A DNA stretch of 64,000 nt, taken from positions 53,216-117,215 of the forward strand of contig CAJWLU010000011.1 of NCBI GenBank assembly GCA_913043225.1, read 5' to 3'. Below, piece by piece: positions 33,146 through 43,074 of the stretch (the first letter of the stretch is position 1; every line of letters begins with the position of its first letter). The notes under the pieces are model-generated. The model searched no databases. It was not told the origin of the DNA and saw only the letters and a list, made by a program, of their open reading frames with translations. Source of the DNA: an uncultured Acidobacteriota bacterium. Lineage in GTDB: Bacteria > Acidobacteriota > Vicinamibacteria > Vicinamibacterales > UBA8438. Position numbers and translations under genes: made by a program.

Positions 33146-33317
33146 AGTCCCGTCGCTCGTGTCGAGCCGTTAACGTGTGCCGGAGGCGCGAGTCAGGTTC
33201 GTCTGGATGTCCCACAGTCGCTACCAAGAACTTCTCAGTGTAGCACTTTCGCGCCAATGGACCCCGCCGCCGCGCCCATTTTGGGACTCAGGCAGAGCCA
33301 TGCGAAGATGGGGCACG

Positions 33318-34550
33318 ATGCCGATTACGACCAGAGCGTCTGCCCTCCCGAGCGTGCGAATCCACGCGCTGGCCATCATTCTGGGTTTCGGGTTGTTGAC
33401 CGCTGGTCTCCACGCTCAGCAGACGGCGTCCGAACAACGCACCCGCGCCGAGGCGGGGGATGCCACGGCCCAGTACGGCCTTGGCTACGCACACTGGATC
33501 GGTGAGAACGTCGGCCAGGACAATGCCGAGGCCGCTCGCTGGTTCCAGCTGGCGGCGGAGCAGGGGAATGCCGACGCCCAGTTCTATCTGGGGGTACTGC
33601 ACGCGGAAGGGAGCGGGGTTCCACGCAGCCGAGAGTCCGCGTCCGAGTGGTTCCGCCGAGCCGCCAAGCAAGGGCACGCGTCGGGCCAGTTCCGGTTCGC
33701 CAGAAACCTCGAGCGAGGCCGTGGGGTGGAGGCGAATGAAGCGGAGGCAATCGACTGGTTCCTGAAGGCTGCGGACCAGGGCCACGTCGATGCGCAGTTC
33801 ACGCTGGGCAGCCGGTATCTGTCGGCTGGGGGCAACAAACTCGCGGCCGAAGCGGCTCGGTTGTATCGGCTGGCCGCAGCTCAGGGCCATCTCGAAGCGC
33901 AGTACAACCTCGGCTACATGTTGTCCCAAGGCCACGGAGTGGAGCGCGACCCCGTAAGGGCAGCCCACTGGTACCGTCTAGCCGCAGACCAGGGGCACGC
34001 GGGTGCGCAGGTCAGCCTCGGATTCGTCGTTGCGGCCCAGGCGCTCGGGTTACGACGCACACCCCCGCCCGACACGGGGACGCCGCCGGACGAGGTCGCC
34101 CGTGACATCCGGCTGACCAAGGACCCGCGTCCGGAAGAAGCCCGGTTCACGCGCGGGCTGATGTACCGCTACCGGCTGGCGGCAAAACAGAGGCATGCTA
34201 CCGCCCAGTTTCTGCTCGGCACTATCTACGAGCGGGGTAAGGAGATGCGGCAGGATCGCACCGAAGCGGCGCGGTGGATGCGGCTGGCCGCAAACCAGGG
34301 CTATCTGGAAGCTCAGATCGCGCTGGGCGAGATGCTGGCGAGCGAGCGGGATGGGATCGGCGACGAGGTGGAAGCCTACATGTGGCTTAATCTCGCCGCT
34401 CAATCTGCACGGACGCGCGACGACCGCACCCGGGCAGAGCAGGCTCGCGATCTCCTGGCGGCCCGCTTGAGTACTGATCAGGTCGAAGAGGCGCGGCGAC
34501 TGGTGCGGCGCTGGCGACCCGGACCAGGCCACCCCCGACCAACACCCTGA
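33318..34550 (+). CDS. Secreted Sel1-like repeat protein
   Basis: Signal peptide; about 8 repeats of AQxxLGxxYxxGxGV...A..W...AAxQG; C-terminal AYMWLNLAA. Start uncertain. Confidence 0.9.
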   Translation: MPITTRASALPSVRIHALAIILGFGLLTAGLHAQQTASEQRTRAEAGDATAQYGLGYAHWIGENVGQDNAEAARWFQLAAEQGNADAQFYLGVLHAEGSGVPRSRESASEWFRRAAKQGHASGQFRFARNLERGRGVEANEAEAIDWFLKAADQGHVDAQFTLGSRYLSAGGNKLAAEAARLYRLAAAQGHLEAQYNLGYMLSQGHGVERDPVRAAHWYRLAADQGHAGAQVSLGFVVAAQALGLRRTPPPDTGTPPDEVARDIRLTKDPRPEEARFTRGLMYRYRLAAKQRHATAQFLLGTIYERGKEMRQDRTEAARWMRLAANQGYLEAQIALGEMLASERDGIGDEVEAYMWLNLAAQSARTRDDRTRAEQARDLLAARLSTDQVEEARRLVRRWRPGPGHPRPTP

Positions 34551-35456
34551 CTAACCGCGTGACCGCGGTGCGACGCCGGCCTGATCGAGCCACCGATCAT
34601 TTTCACGCCACTCGGCGCGCACCTTGACGTGCAGGTCGAGATAGACCCGGCACTCGAAGAAGCGCTCAAGATCCCGCCTGGCGGCCGACCCGATCTCCTT
34701 GATGCGAGCCCCCCTCGGACCAAGCACGATAGGCTTCTGCGACGGACGCTCCACCAGAATCGAACAATAGAGATGTAGCCGCCCTGGTTCTGATTCGTCG
34801 TCGAACCGATCGACCACCACCGCGGTCGTGAACGGCAACTCGGCATGCGTCAACCTAAGCAGCTGTTCCCTCACCATCTCCCCCGCCAGCAGTCGCTGAG
34901 GCTGGTCGGTGAGGTAGTCCTCCGGATAGAACGGTTCCCCCTCGGGGAGATGAGCGATGATCTCGCGCTCGAGAATGTCGACGCCGTCCCCCGTCTTGGC
35001 CGACACGGGCACGATGGCAGCGAACTCGCGCTGCTGGCGGTACCAGTCGATGATGGGGAGCAGCCTCGGCTTGGCCACTAGGTCCACCTTGTTGAGGACC
35101 AGCACGACCGGCCCGGCCGCCTTCTCCAGTTGCCCAAGGACCCACTTGTCGCCAGCGCCGATCCCATCAGTGGCATCACGGACCAGGCCGATCACGTCGA
35201 CATCAGAGATCGCCTCGTAGGCGATGTCGACCATCCGGACGTTCATCCGATGCAACGGTCGGTGGATACCCGGGGTGTCGACGAAAATCACCTGAGCCAG
35301 GTCGTCACCCGGGTAGTTCTGCACGCCAACGATACGGTTACGAGTAGTTTGCGGCTTGTCCGAGACGATCGCTAGCTTGACGCCGACGACCTGATTCAGA
35401 AGGGTCGACTTCCCAGCGTTCGGCCGACCGACGAAGGAGACATATCCACAGCGCAT
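34551..35456 (-). CDS. era: GTPase Era
   Basis: GRPNAGKSTL, QTTR, DTPG, NKVD, KH domain. Confidence 0.98.
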   Translation of the reverse strand: MRCGYVSFVGRPNAGKSTLLNQVVGVKLAIVSDKPQTTRNRIVGVQNYPGDDLAQVIFVDTPGIHRPLHRMNVRMVDIAYEAISDVDVIGLVRDATDGIGAGDKWVLGQLEKAAGPVVLVLNKVDLVAKPRLLPIIDWYRQQREFAAIVPVSAKTGDGVDILEREIIAHLPEGEPFYPEDYLTDQPQRLLAGEMVREQLLRLTHAELPFTTAVVVDRFDDESEPGRLHLYCSILVERPSQKPIVLGPRGARIKEIGSAARRDLERFFECRVYLDLHVKVRAEWRENDRWLDQAGVAPRSRG

Positions 35457-35471
35457 CAGGATCTGGCCTGG

Positions 35472-36731
35472 CTACATCGCCTCCGGGTGCGCGGCGTCAC
35501 GCCGCCACATCCTCACCTTGCGGATCCGGCGGCGTTCGGCCTCGAGCACTTCTACCCTGAAGTCATCCACTTCCACCGTTTCGCCGATCTCTGGAACCCG
35601 CCCGAGCCGCGTGAGGAGGTAGCCGCCGACCGTCTCGAATCCATCACGCTCGACGACCACGCCCAAATGCTCGCTCATGTCGGCAACGCTAACCGTAGCC
35701 TGATAGATCCAAACCCCATCGCCTTCCCGCACTGCCGGCTCCGGCTCGTCATCGTCGTACTCGTCACGAATCTCGCCCACGATCTCTTCGAGCAGATCCT
35801 CGATGGTCACCAGCCCGGCCGTCGCCCCGTACTCGTCCACGACGATGGCGCTCTGTGCCTGCTTCAGCTGCAGCTCGCGCAGCAACTCGGCCACCCGTTT
35901 GCCTTCGGGTACGACGTGCACCGGCCTGAGCAGCTGAGGCACGATCGGCATCTCGCCAGGCACCCCGTCGAGCGTCACGAGGTCTTTGGCAAAGACGAAC
36001 CCGATTATGTTGTCGAGGTTGTCACGATAGACAGGAATCCTCGAGTACTCCTCGTCGGCGAACAACGCCCGGAAGGCGCTGACCGAAGCGTCGTGCTCGA
36101 TCCCTACTATGTCGGGGCGCGGGGTCATGACCTCACGGACGAGCGTGCCGCCAAAGTCCACCACGGACTGCAGCAATCGGCGTTCCTCCTGTTCCTCTGC
36201 GTTCGCCTCGTCGCACTGGTCCACGGCTGGGGCCCCGGCCGATGTCACGATGGTCTCATCCCCGTCTCCGTTAGCGCGGACGTCGATCCGTGGTCTCGCC
36301 GACCGCCACAGCCGCAAGAGCCAGAACTGCAAGGGCCGGAACACACGCATCGTCATGTCGAACGACGGGAGCAATAATTCCAGCACACGGCCGGCACCGG
36401 CCCGCACGAGGAGCGACGGCACCACCTGCTCGACCACCAGCAAGAACCCGAAACCGGCCAGCAGGAGCCCGGCGACCTGCTGCAGGGTCTCCACCCCGAC
36501 GAGGCGTGCCAACACCACCGCTGCCGCGGCGGTCAGTAACCCGCTGAGAAACCGGGTGCCAACGTAGAGCCGCTGCGGCGCGTCGAGATAGGTGGTGAGC
36601 GAGTCATGGCGGGCGTCCCGTTCAGCACTGAGCCGTTCCGACAAGCGAACGAGCGTGCCGAACGCCGCCTCGATCGTCGCGACCCAGGCTAGCGCGCACC
36701 CAATCAGGAAGAGGAGCAACGGTAGCATCAC
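35472..36731 (-). CDS. Hemolysin-family (CNNM/CBS/CorC) protein
   Basis: TM N-terminus, VREVMTPR, YSRIPVY, VDEYG..GLVTIEDLLEEIVGEIRDEYD. Confidence 0.93.
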   Translation of the reverse strand: MMLPLLLFLIGCALAWVATIEAAFGTLVRLSERLSAERDARHDSLTTYLDAPQRLYVGTRFLSGLLTAAAAVVLARLVGVETLQQVAGLLLAGFGFLLVVEQVVPSLLVRAGAGRVLELLLPSFDMTMRVFRPLQFWLLRLWRSARPRIDVRANGDGDETIVTSAGAPAVDQCDEANAEEQEERRLLQSVVDFGGTLVREVMTPRPDIVGIEHDASVSAFRALFADEEYSRIPVYRDNLDNIIGFVFAKDLVTLDGVPGEMPIVPQLLRPVHVVPEGKRVAELLRELQLKQAQSAIVVDEYGATAGLVTIEDLLEEIVGEIRDEYDDDEPEPAVREGDGVWIYQATVSVADMSEHLGVVVERDGFETVGGYLLTRLGRVPEIGETVEVDDFRVEVLEAERRRIRKVRMWRRDAAHPEAM

Positions 36732-36733
36732 AC

Positions 36734-37195
36734 TTACTCCGGCGGGAGTCCACCGCGCCGGCGAAGCTGGCGCTCGAGGCGCTCCATTTGTCCGTCATCA
36801 CGCTCGTGGTCGTAGCCGAGCAGATGCAGGAGGCCATGCAAAGTCAACCGCTTCAACTCCTGCGCATTTGTCCACCCGGCGGCGCGGGCCTGGCGAGCAG
36901 CTAGACCAGTGGCGATTACGACATCACCCAGCAACCGGACGTCTCCAACCGCCGGCGCCCCCTGATCGGCGGGGAATGACAGCACGTCGGTCACCCGCTT
37001 GATGCCGCGGAACCGATGATTGAGATCCCGCATCTTGCGATCCCCCACCAGGGCGATGGTGAGCTCCCCGCGGGCCGCGCGTGGAGCGACCCGGATCACC
37101 CATGGCACGAGGCCGCGCTCGGTTCTAGGACGGCCGCGGCCGTCGGTGACCGTGATGCGGAGTTTAGACGAAGGGTCGGGGTCGTCCGTGGTCAT
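36734..37195 (-). CDS. ybeY: rRNA maturation RNase YbeY
   Basis: TDVLSFP, LGDVVI, HGLLHLLGYDH. Confidence 0.97.
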   Translation of the reverse strand: MTTDDPDPSSKLRITVTDGRGRPRTERGLVPWVIRVAPRAARGELTIALVGDRKMRDLNHRFRGIKRVTDVLSFPADQGAPAVGDVRLLGDVVIATGLAARQARAAGWTNAQELKRLTLHGLLHLLGYDHERDDGQMERLERQLRRRGGLPPE

Positions 37196-38217
37196 GTCGA
37201 AGCGGAGGTCGGAGACTCTTCGGCGGCGCTGGCCTCGTAGGCCTGCACGATCTTCTGCACAAGCGGATGGCGGACCACGTCGCGGTCGCCGAAACGAACG
37301 AAGGCTACTCCCTCGACCTGACCGACGACCCGCATCGCCTCGATTAAGCCGGAGACCCGGCCCGAGGGCAGGTCGATCTGGGTAATGTCTCCGGTGATGA
37401 CCGCCTTGGACCCGAAACCGAGGCGGGTCAGAAACATCTTCATCTGTTCCGAGGTAGTGTTCTGAGCCTCATCCAGGACGACAAACGCGTCGTTGAGCGT
37501 GCGGCCGCGCATGAACGCCAGCGGGGCGATCTCGATGGTGCCCCGTTCGAGCAAACGGTCGACACGTTCGAGATCGAGCATATCGTAGAGCGCATCGTAG
37601 AGCGGACGCAGGTACGGATTCACTTTCTCCTGCAGATCTCCCGGCAGGAACCCGAGTCGCTCACCGGCCTCGACCGCCGGTCGCGCCAGCACGATACGCG
37701 TCACCTTCTTTGCGGTGAGGCACGCGACCGCCTGCGCCATGGCGAGGTAGGTCTTGCCAGTCCCAGCAGGGCCGACTCCAAATACGATGTCGTGGCGGTC
37801 AATCGCTTCGAGGTAGCGCCGCTGATTGAAACTCTTGGGCGCGACGTGCCGCTTGGCCGAGGCCTTAACCGTAGCTCGGACGAAGTAATCGCAGAGACGC
37901 GCGTCCGGATCATCCAGCAGGAGTTGGCCGGCGCGGCGGACGTCCTCTGCCGACAACTGGTACCCCTCGGCCACCAACGTGCCCAGTTGCGACACCACCC
38001 GTCCGAGGGTCTCGACCGCTTCAGCGTCACCTTCGGCTAGCAACGCCGTGCCGTCGGTGCGGATCTGCACTCCAAGCAGATCCTCGAACGTCCGCAAATT
38101 AGTATCGAAGGAACCGAACAAGAACTCTGCGCTCTCGTCGGGGATGGAAATCCGGGCGGAGGTCACCGTCCCGGCGTCATCTGGTTGGTGGGTCACGTAG
38201 TTTGTCGATGGTGGCAC
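37192..38217 (-). CDS. phoH: PhoH-like ATPase (YbeZ)
   Basis: GPAGTGKT, RPAVEAGE.LGFLPG, MRGRTL, DEAQN, GDITQIDLP. Confidence 0.95.
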   Translation of the reverse strand: MPPSTNYVTHQPDDAGTVTSARISIPDESAEFLFGSFDTNLRTFEDLLGVQIRTDGTALLAEGDAEAVETLGRVVSQLGTLVAEGYQLSAEDVRRAGQLLLDDPDARLCDYFVRATVKASAKRHVAPKSFNQRRYLEAIDRHDIVFGVGPAGTGKTYLAMAQAVACLTAKKVTRIVLARPAVEAGERLGFLPGDLQEKVNPYLRPLYDALYDMLDLERVDRLLERGTIEIAPLAFMRGRTLNDAFVVLDEAQNTTSEQMKMFLTRLGFGSKAVITGDITQIDLPSGRVSGLIEAMRVVGQVEGVAFVRFGDRDVVRHPLVQKIVQAYEASAAEESPTSAST

Positions 38218-38245
38218 GAAGTGGCCGCTCTGGCAACCGGGTCCC

Positions 38246-40012
38246 TCAGCCTTGCGTCTTCAGATGAAGATCACGCAGCTGATGCGAACTGACGGTCGAC
38301 GGAGCGCCGCTCATCAGATCGACGGCCGCCGCGGTCTTCGGGAACGCCATCACGTCCCTGATTGAGGCTTCCCCGGCCAACAAAGCGATGATGCGGTCGA
38401 CACCCAGGGCGATGCCGCCGTGGGGCGGCGTGCCGTACTCCAGAGCGTCAAGGAAGAAGCCGAAGCGCGACCGCGCCTCCTCGTCGCTGATCCCCAGTAA
38501 ACTGAAGATCTGCTGCTGGAGCCTCTGGTCGTGGATCCGGATGCTCCCACCGCCGATCTCGCTCCCGTTCAACACCAAGTCGTACGCCTTCGCCTTCACC
38601 CCGCCGAGATCGGAACTCAACCGCTCCCGATCTTCATCGCGAGGCGAGGTGAACGGGTGATGCATCGACATGAAACGACCTTCGGTATCGCTCCACTCGA
38701 ACATCGGGAAATCGACGATCCAGGTCAGCGCGCGCCGTGACTCATCAATAAGCCCCTCGCGCTTGGCGAGACGCAGACGGAACTGACCGAGCAACCCCGA
38801 CGCCTCGTCAGACACGCCGGCCGCTACCAGAACGAGATCGTCCGCCCCGGCCTGTACAGCATCGAGCAGCGTATTGAGGTCGTCGGGCCCTGCCGCCTTG
38901 AGGATCGAGCTCTGCACCTCTCCGTCCTGCCCACGACGCGCCCACACCATTCCCTGCGCACCAAGCTCGATTGCCTCATCAACCAGCTTGTCGACCTGGC
39001 TCCGGGAGTAGCCGCCCGCGGCTGGCACCACGAGAGCCCGGACTACACCGCCGCCCGCCACGAGCTCGCGGAACACCCGGAACTGCGAGTCGGCAAACAC
39101 CGCCGATACGTCTGCGATCGGCATTTCGAAGCGAAGATCGGGCTTGTCCGAGCCGTACCTGGCCATCGCCTCGGCATACGGCATGCGGGGAAACGGCGTC
39201 TCGACCGTCTCGCCGTTAGCGGCAAAGATCGCCTGCATGAGTCGCTCAACAACGCCGAACACTAGGTCCTGGGTGGCGAACGATATCTCGAGGTCGATCT
39301 GGGTAAACTCAGGTTGACGGTCGGCACGCAGGTCCTCGTCGCGAAAACAACGCGCGATCTGGAAGTAGCGGTCCATCCCGGAAATCATCAGCAACTGCTT
39401 GAAGATCTGAGGCGACTGCGGGAGGGCGAAAAACTCGCCAGAGTGCACGCGACTCGGCACGAGATAGTCGCGAGCGCCCTCGGGCGTCGACTTGGCGAGT
39501 ACCGGGGTCTCGATGTCGAGAAATCCATCCGCATCGAGCGACTGGCGTACCGCCATCAGCACCCGATGCCTCAGCTTGATGTTGCGCTGCATCCGCTCTC
39601 GACGCAGATCCAGGTAGCGGTAGGTCAGTCGGATATCCTCGGAAACTGGCGTCTCTTCGGCAATCTGGAACGGCGGCCGCTTCGACTGGTTCAGCACTGT
39701 CAATTCACGAATCGCCAACTCGACCTCGCCGGTGTCGATCTTCGGATTGTAGGTGTCCTCGGACCGACGCTCGATCGGACCGCTGACCGCGATGACATCC
39801 TCGGGGCGCAACCGTTTCACCCTCGCCAGCATCTCTTCGTCGTCGCGCGCCACCAATTGGGTCACCCCGTAGCGGTCGCGAACATCCACGAAAATAAGCG
39901 AACCGAGATCGCGTACTCGATGGACCCAGCCCATGAGAGTCGCCTCTGACCCCATGTCCACGGCCCGAAGGGCGCCGCATGTGTGTGTTCGTTGTCGTTG
40001 TGGTTCAGCCAC
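38246..40012 (-). CDS. aspS: Aspartate-tRNA ligase
   Basis: RTHTCG, YRYLDLRR, TPEGARDY, LPQSPQ, FRDEDLRADRQPEF, PPHGG; start GTG40012 or TTG40021. Confidence 0.97.
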   Translation of the reverse strand: MAEPQRQRTHTCGALRAVDMGSEATLMGWVHRVRDLGSLIFVDVRDRYGVTQLVARDDEEMLARVKRLRPEDVIAVSGPIERRSEDTYNPKIDTGEVELAIRELTVLNQSKRPPFQIAEETPVSEDIRLTYRYLDLRRERMQRNIKLRHRVLMAVRQSLDADGFLDIETPVLAKSTPEGARDYLVPSRVHSGEFFALPQSPQIFKQLLMISGMDRYFQIARCFRDEDLRADRQPEFTQIDLEISFATQDLVFGVVERLMQAIFAANGETVETPFPRMPYAEAMARYGSDKPDLRFEMPIADVSAVFADSQFRVFRELVAGGGVVRALVVPAAGGYSRSQVDKLVDEAIELGAQGMVWARRGQDGEVQSSILKAAGPDDLNTLLDAVQAGADDLVLVAAGVSDEASGLLGQFRLRLAKREGLIDESRRALTWIVDFPMFEWSDTEGRFMSMHHPFTSPRDEDRERLSSDLGGVKAKAYDLVLNGSEIGGGSIRIHDQRLQQQIFSLLGISDEEARSRFGFFLDALEYGTPPHGGIALGVDRIIALLAGEASIRDVMAFPKTAAAVDLMSGAPSTVSSHQLRDLHLKTQG

Positions 40013-40017
40013 GTGTC

Positions 40018-41274
40018 TCAATCCGTTCGTGCCACCTGCAGCAGCGTCGCGGTTACCTGGTCACGTGCCACCGTCTGTTGCTGTCCGGTCTCCATCTCCT
40101 TGACGGTGACCTGATTGTTGGCGAGTTCGTCCTCACCCAGCAGGAGCACCCGCCGCGCCCCACTCCGATTCGCACGCTTCATCTGCGACTTCGATGACCG
40201 GTCTTCGTAGTCGATAAGCACCCGGAGCCCGGCATGACGGAGGTCTCGAGCCAGAAGTCGGGCTGCCGGCCACGACGCATTCCCGAACGCCACCACGAAG
40301 GCATCCACCGGCGCCGTCCCGGCGGCCTCACCGGGCAGCGCCAAAGCAAGGCGCTCGAGCCCAGCCGCGAACCCAATCCCCGGCCGGTCCGGTCCGCCGA
40401 GCTGCTTCACGAGCTGGTCGTAGCGACCACCCCCCAGCATGGCGTTCTGTGTACCTAGTGCCGAGCCGAGTACCTCGAAGGTCGTGCGGGTGTAGTAGTC
40501 GAGCCCACGGACCAGTCGGTGTGACACTCGGTAGAGAAGCCCGTATGCATCCAAGTGTTGTTTGACCGCGTCGAAGTGAGTCCGGCACGGCTCGCAGAGA
40601 TAGTCCTCTGTCCGCGGGAGCGCCTCGATGATCGGCTGGTCCGCCGGGACCTTGCAGTCGAAGATCCGGAGCGGGTTCGTCTTGGCGCGCCGTCGACAGT
40701 CTCCGCACAACGAGTCGACCTGCTCGCCGAGCGCTTCGAGGAGCGCAGCGCTGAAGCCGGGACGGCACTCGGCGCAGCCGACCGAATTAATGACCAGCTC
40801 GACCGCCTCGATACCGAGCTCGGCCACGAACGTGGCCGCCATCTCGATCACTTCGCCGTCGAGGGCGGGGTCGGTTACACCGAACGCTTCGACGTCCAAC
40901 TGGTGGAACTGCCGGTAGCGCCCCTTCTGCGGTCGTTCATAGCGGAACATCGGCCCCAGGCTGTAGAGCTTGGCAAACGGCAGCTCCTGCTCGAGCGCGT
41001 GCTGCACAAAGGCACGCACCATACTTGGAGTTGCTTCCGGCCGCAGAGTGACCCTCTCGCCGCCCTTGTCGGTGAAGGCGTACATCTCTTTCTGGACGAT
41101 ATCGGTGGTCTCCCCCGTCCCTTTAGCGAACAACTCCTCCCGCTCGATCACAGGGGTACGGATCTCTGCGTAACCGTAGCGCTCGCAAACCGACCGCGCC
41201 ACGCGCTCGACCCGCTGCCACCGGCCCACGTCGGCGGGAAGGATGTCCTGCGTGCCTTTAATTGCCGTAATCAC
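40018..41274 (-). CDS. hisS: Histidine-tRNA ligase
   Basis: LRPEAT, FRYERPQKGRYRQF, RGLDYYT, GGGRYD. Confidence 0.98.
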   Translation of the reverse strand: MITAIKGTQDILPADVGRWQRVERVARSVCERYGYAEIRTPVIEREELFAKGTGETTDIVQKEMYAFTDKGGERVTLRPEATPSMVRAFVQHALEQELPFAKLYSLGPMFRYERPQKGRYRQFHQLDVEAFGVTDPALDGEVIEMAATFVAELGIEAVELVINSVGCAECRPGFSAALLEALGEQVDSLCGDCRRRAKTNPLRIFDCKVPADQPIIEALPRTEDYLCEPCRTHFDAVKQHLDAYGLLYRVSHRLVRGLDYYTRTTFEVLGSALGTQNAMLGGGRYDQLVKQLGGPDRPGIGFAAGLERLALALPGEAAGTAPVDAFVVAFGNASWPAARLLARDLRHAGLRVLIDYEDRSSKSQMKRANRSGARRVLLLGEDELANNQVTVKEMETGQQQTVARDQVTATLLQVARTD

Positions 41275-41361
41275 CGAAATGTGTCCTCGTAGCCGACCCG
41301 CTCGCCCGCGACCAAGCCGAGCGCCGACTGGTATCGCCGGCGGTGACCCGCGCGACGGAGC

Positions 41362-41868
41362 CTAGACCTGTATGTCACGCTTGTAGCCGATGTAGTTTTC
41401 GGCGTAGCGAAGAATGGACGCGTCTTCCTCGTTGGTCGTCTGACGACGCACCTTGCCGGGACTACCCATGACCAGCGACCGGGGCGGGATCTCGGTACCC
41501 TCGGCCACGAGCGTGCCAGCCGCGATGATCGAGCCACTGCCAACCACGGCGCCGTTCAGCACGATGGCGCCCATGCCGATCAGGCAGCGGTCCTCGATCC
41601 GGCAGCCATGCAGAATCGCCCCATGCCCCACCGTTACGTCGTCTCCGAGCTTGGTGAAATGAAGGTTCTTCATCCCGTGCAGCACGCACCCGTCCTGGAT
41701 GTTGGTACGGGCGCCAATCTTGATCCAGTGTACGTCGCCCCGCAGGACAACATTCATCCAGACACTACTCTCTGCGCCGATCTCGACGTCTCCGATGACC
41801 TGGGCGCTCTCGTCCACGAAGGCCGACTCGGCGACCCGGGGCGTCCCGGCAGGGTGAGACCGTAACAT
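41362..41868 (-). CDS. Gamma carbonic anhydrase family (YrdA-like) protein
   Basis: IGDVEIG..SSVW, LRGD, NIQDG, VTVGH..ILHGC hexapeptide repeats. Confidence 0.93.
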   Translation of the reverse strand: MLRSHPAGTPRVAESAFVDESAQVIGDVEIGAESSVWMNVVLRGDVHWIKIGARTNIQDGCVLHGMKNLHFTKLGDDVTVGHGAILHGCRIEDRCLIGMGAIVLNGAVVGSGSIIAAGTLVAEGTEIPPRSLVMGSPGKVRRQTTNEEDASILRYAENYIGYKRDIQV

Positions 41869-41949
41869 CAACCGGAAATTATACGTGAAAGGACATTTGT
41901 CCCTGTTAGCACCGAGCGCCACGACAAGCGCCGGTGGCATAATGAAGCC

Positions 41950-42972
41950 ATGAGCGTCCTGGATCGCCGCGGACGGCCCCTGACCAGTTTGCGCGTATCG
42001 GTGACCGACCGCTGCAACCTCCGGTGTCAATACTGCATGCCGGAACAAGACTACGTCTGGCTACCCCGAAAGGACCTACTCAGCTTCGAGGAAATCTCAA
42101 GCCTGGTGGACATCTTCGCATCGGTGGGCACAGACCGCGTCCGGATCACGGGTGGTGAGCCGCTCCTCCGCAAGGACCTGCCCGACCTGATTGCGCTGCT
42201 TACCCAGAAGCCGGTGCTTGCGGACCTGGCGCTCACTACCAACGGCATCCTACTCGGTGACCAGGTGGACGCGCTCCGGGCCGCCGGACTCCCGAGACTC
42301 ACCGTCAGCCTCGACTCGTTAAACCCCGATCGGTTCGAGCGGCTCACCCGCTTCCGCAACCTTGACGCGGTGCTCGCCGGCCTAGCGCGGGCGGCTGGCG
42401 CCGGCTTCGATAGTCTGAAGATCGACACCGTGGTCATCCGAGGTGTCAACGACGACGAGCTTGTGGCCCTGATCGAGCACGGGCGCGGTGTGGGCGCCGA
42501 GGTGCGGTTCATTGAGTACATGGACGTGGGAGGTGCGACGCGGTGGTCGATCGCCGACGTGGTGCCCCGTCGGGAGATGCTGCACCGGTTGGGCGAACAC
42601 TACGGACCGATCACACCAGTCGCCGAGTCGACCTCGGCGCCGGCCGACCGCTTCACACTGCCTGACGGCACGACCTTCGGCATCATCTCGTCGACAACCG
42701 AGCCGTTCTGCCGCCTGTGTGATCGGAGCCGGCTGACGGCCGACGGCATGTGGTATCGCTGCCTGTATGCGCAGGACGGTACCGATTTACGGGGACCGCT
42801 CCGGGACGGTGTCGGACCAGATAAACTGCGAGACCTTATCACCAGGATCTGGCAAACCCGCACCGACCGAGGCGCCGAAGACCGCCTGGCCTCCGAGAAC
42901 CGATCATCCCTGATCCCGGTCGAGACTCTCCAAAACCAGCCCCATCTCGAAATGCACACTCGCGGCGGCTAA
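41950..42972 (+). CDS. moaA: GTP 3',8-cyclase (molybdenum cofactor biosynthesis)
   Basis: LRVSVTDRCNLRCQYCMP, TGGEPLLR, FCRLCDRSRLTADG...CL, terminal GG. Confidence 0.97.
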   Translation: MSVLDRRGRPLTSLRVSVTDRCNLRCQYCMPEQDYVWLPRKDLLSFEEISSLVDIFASVGTDRVRITGGEPLLRKDLPDLIALLTQKPVLADLALTTNGILLGDQVDALRAAGLPRLTVSLDSLNPDRFERLTRFRNLDAVLAGLARAAGAGFDSLKIDTVVIRGVNDDELVALIEHGRGVGAEVRFIEYMDVGGATRWSIADVVPRREMLHRLGEHYGPITPVAESTSAPADRFTLPDGTTFGIISSTTEPFCRLCDRSRLTADGMWYRCLYAQDGTDLRGPLRDGVGPDKLRDLITRIWQTRTDRGAEDRLASENRSSLIPVETLQNQPHLEMHTRGG

Positions 42973-43074
42973 GGCTCCCACTGTGCGAGCGTCTCGTCCC
43001 GTCGGCAAAGACCTGTCTGGTCGATGCTATCGCCGCTACAATGGCGAGCTGCGACCCCGGACGACGACGAGACC

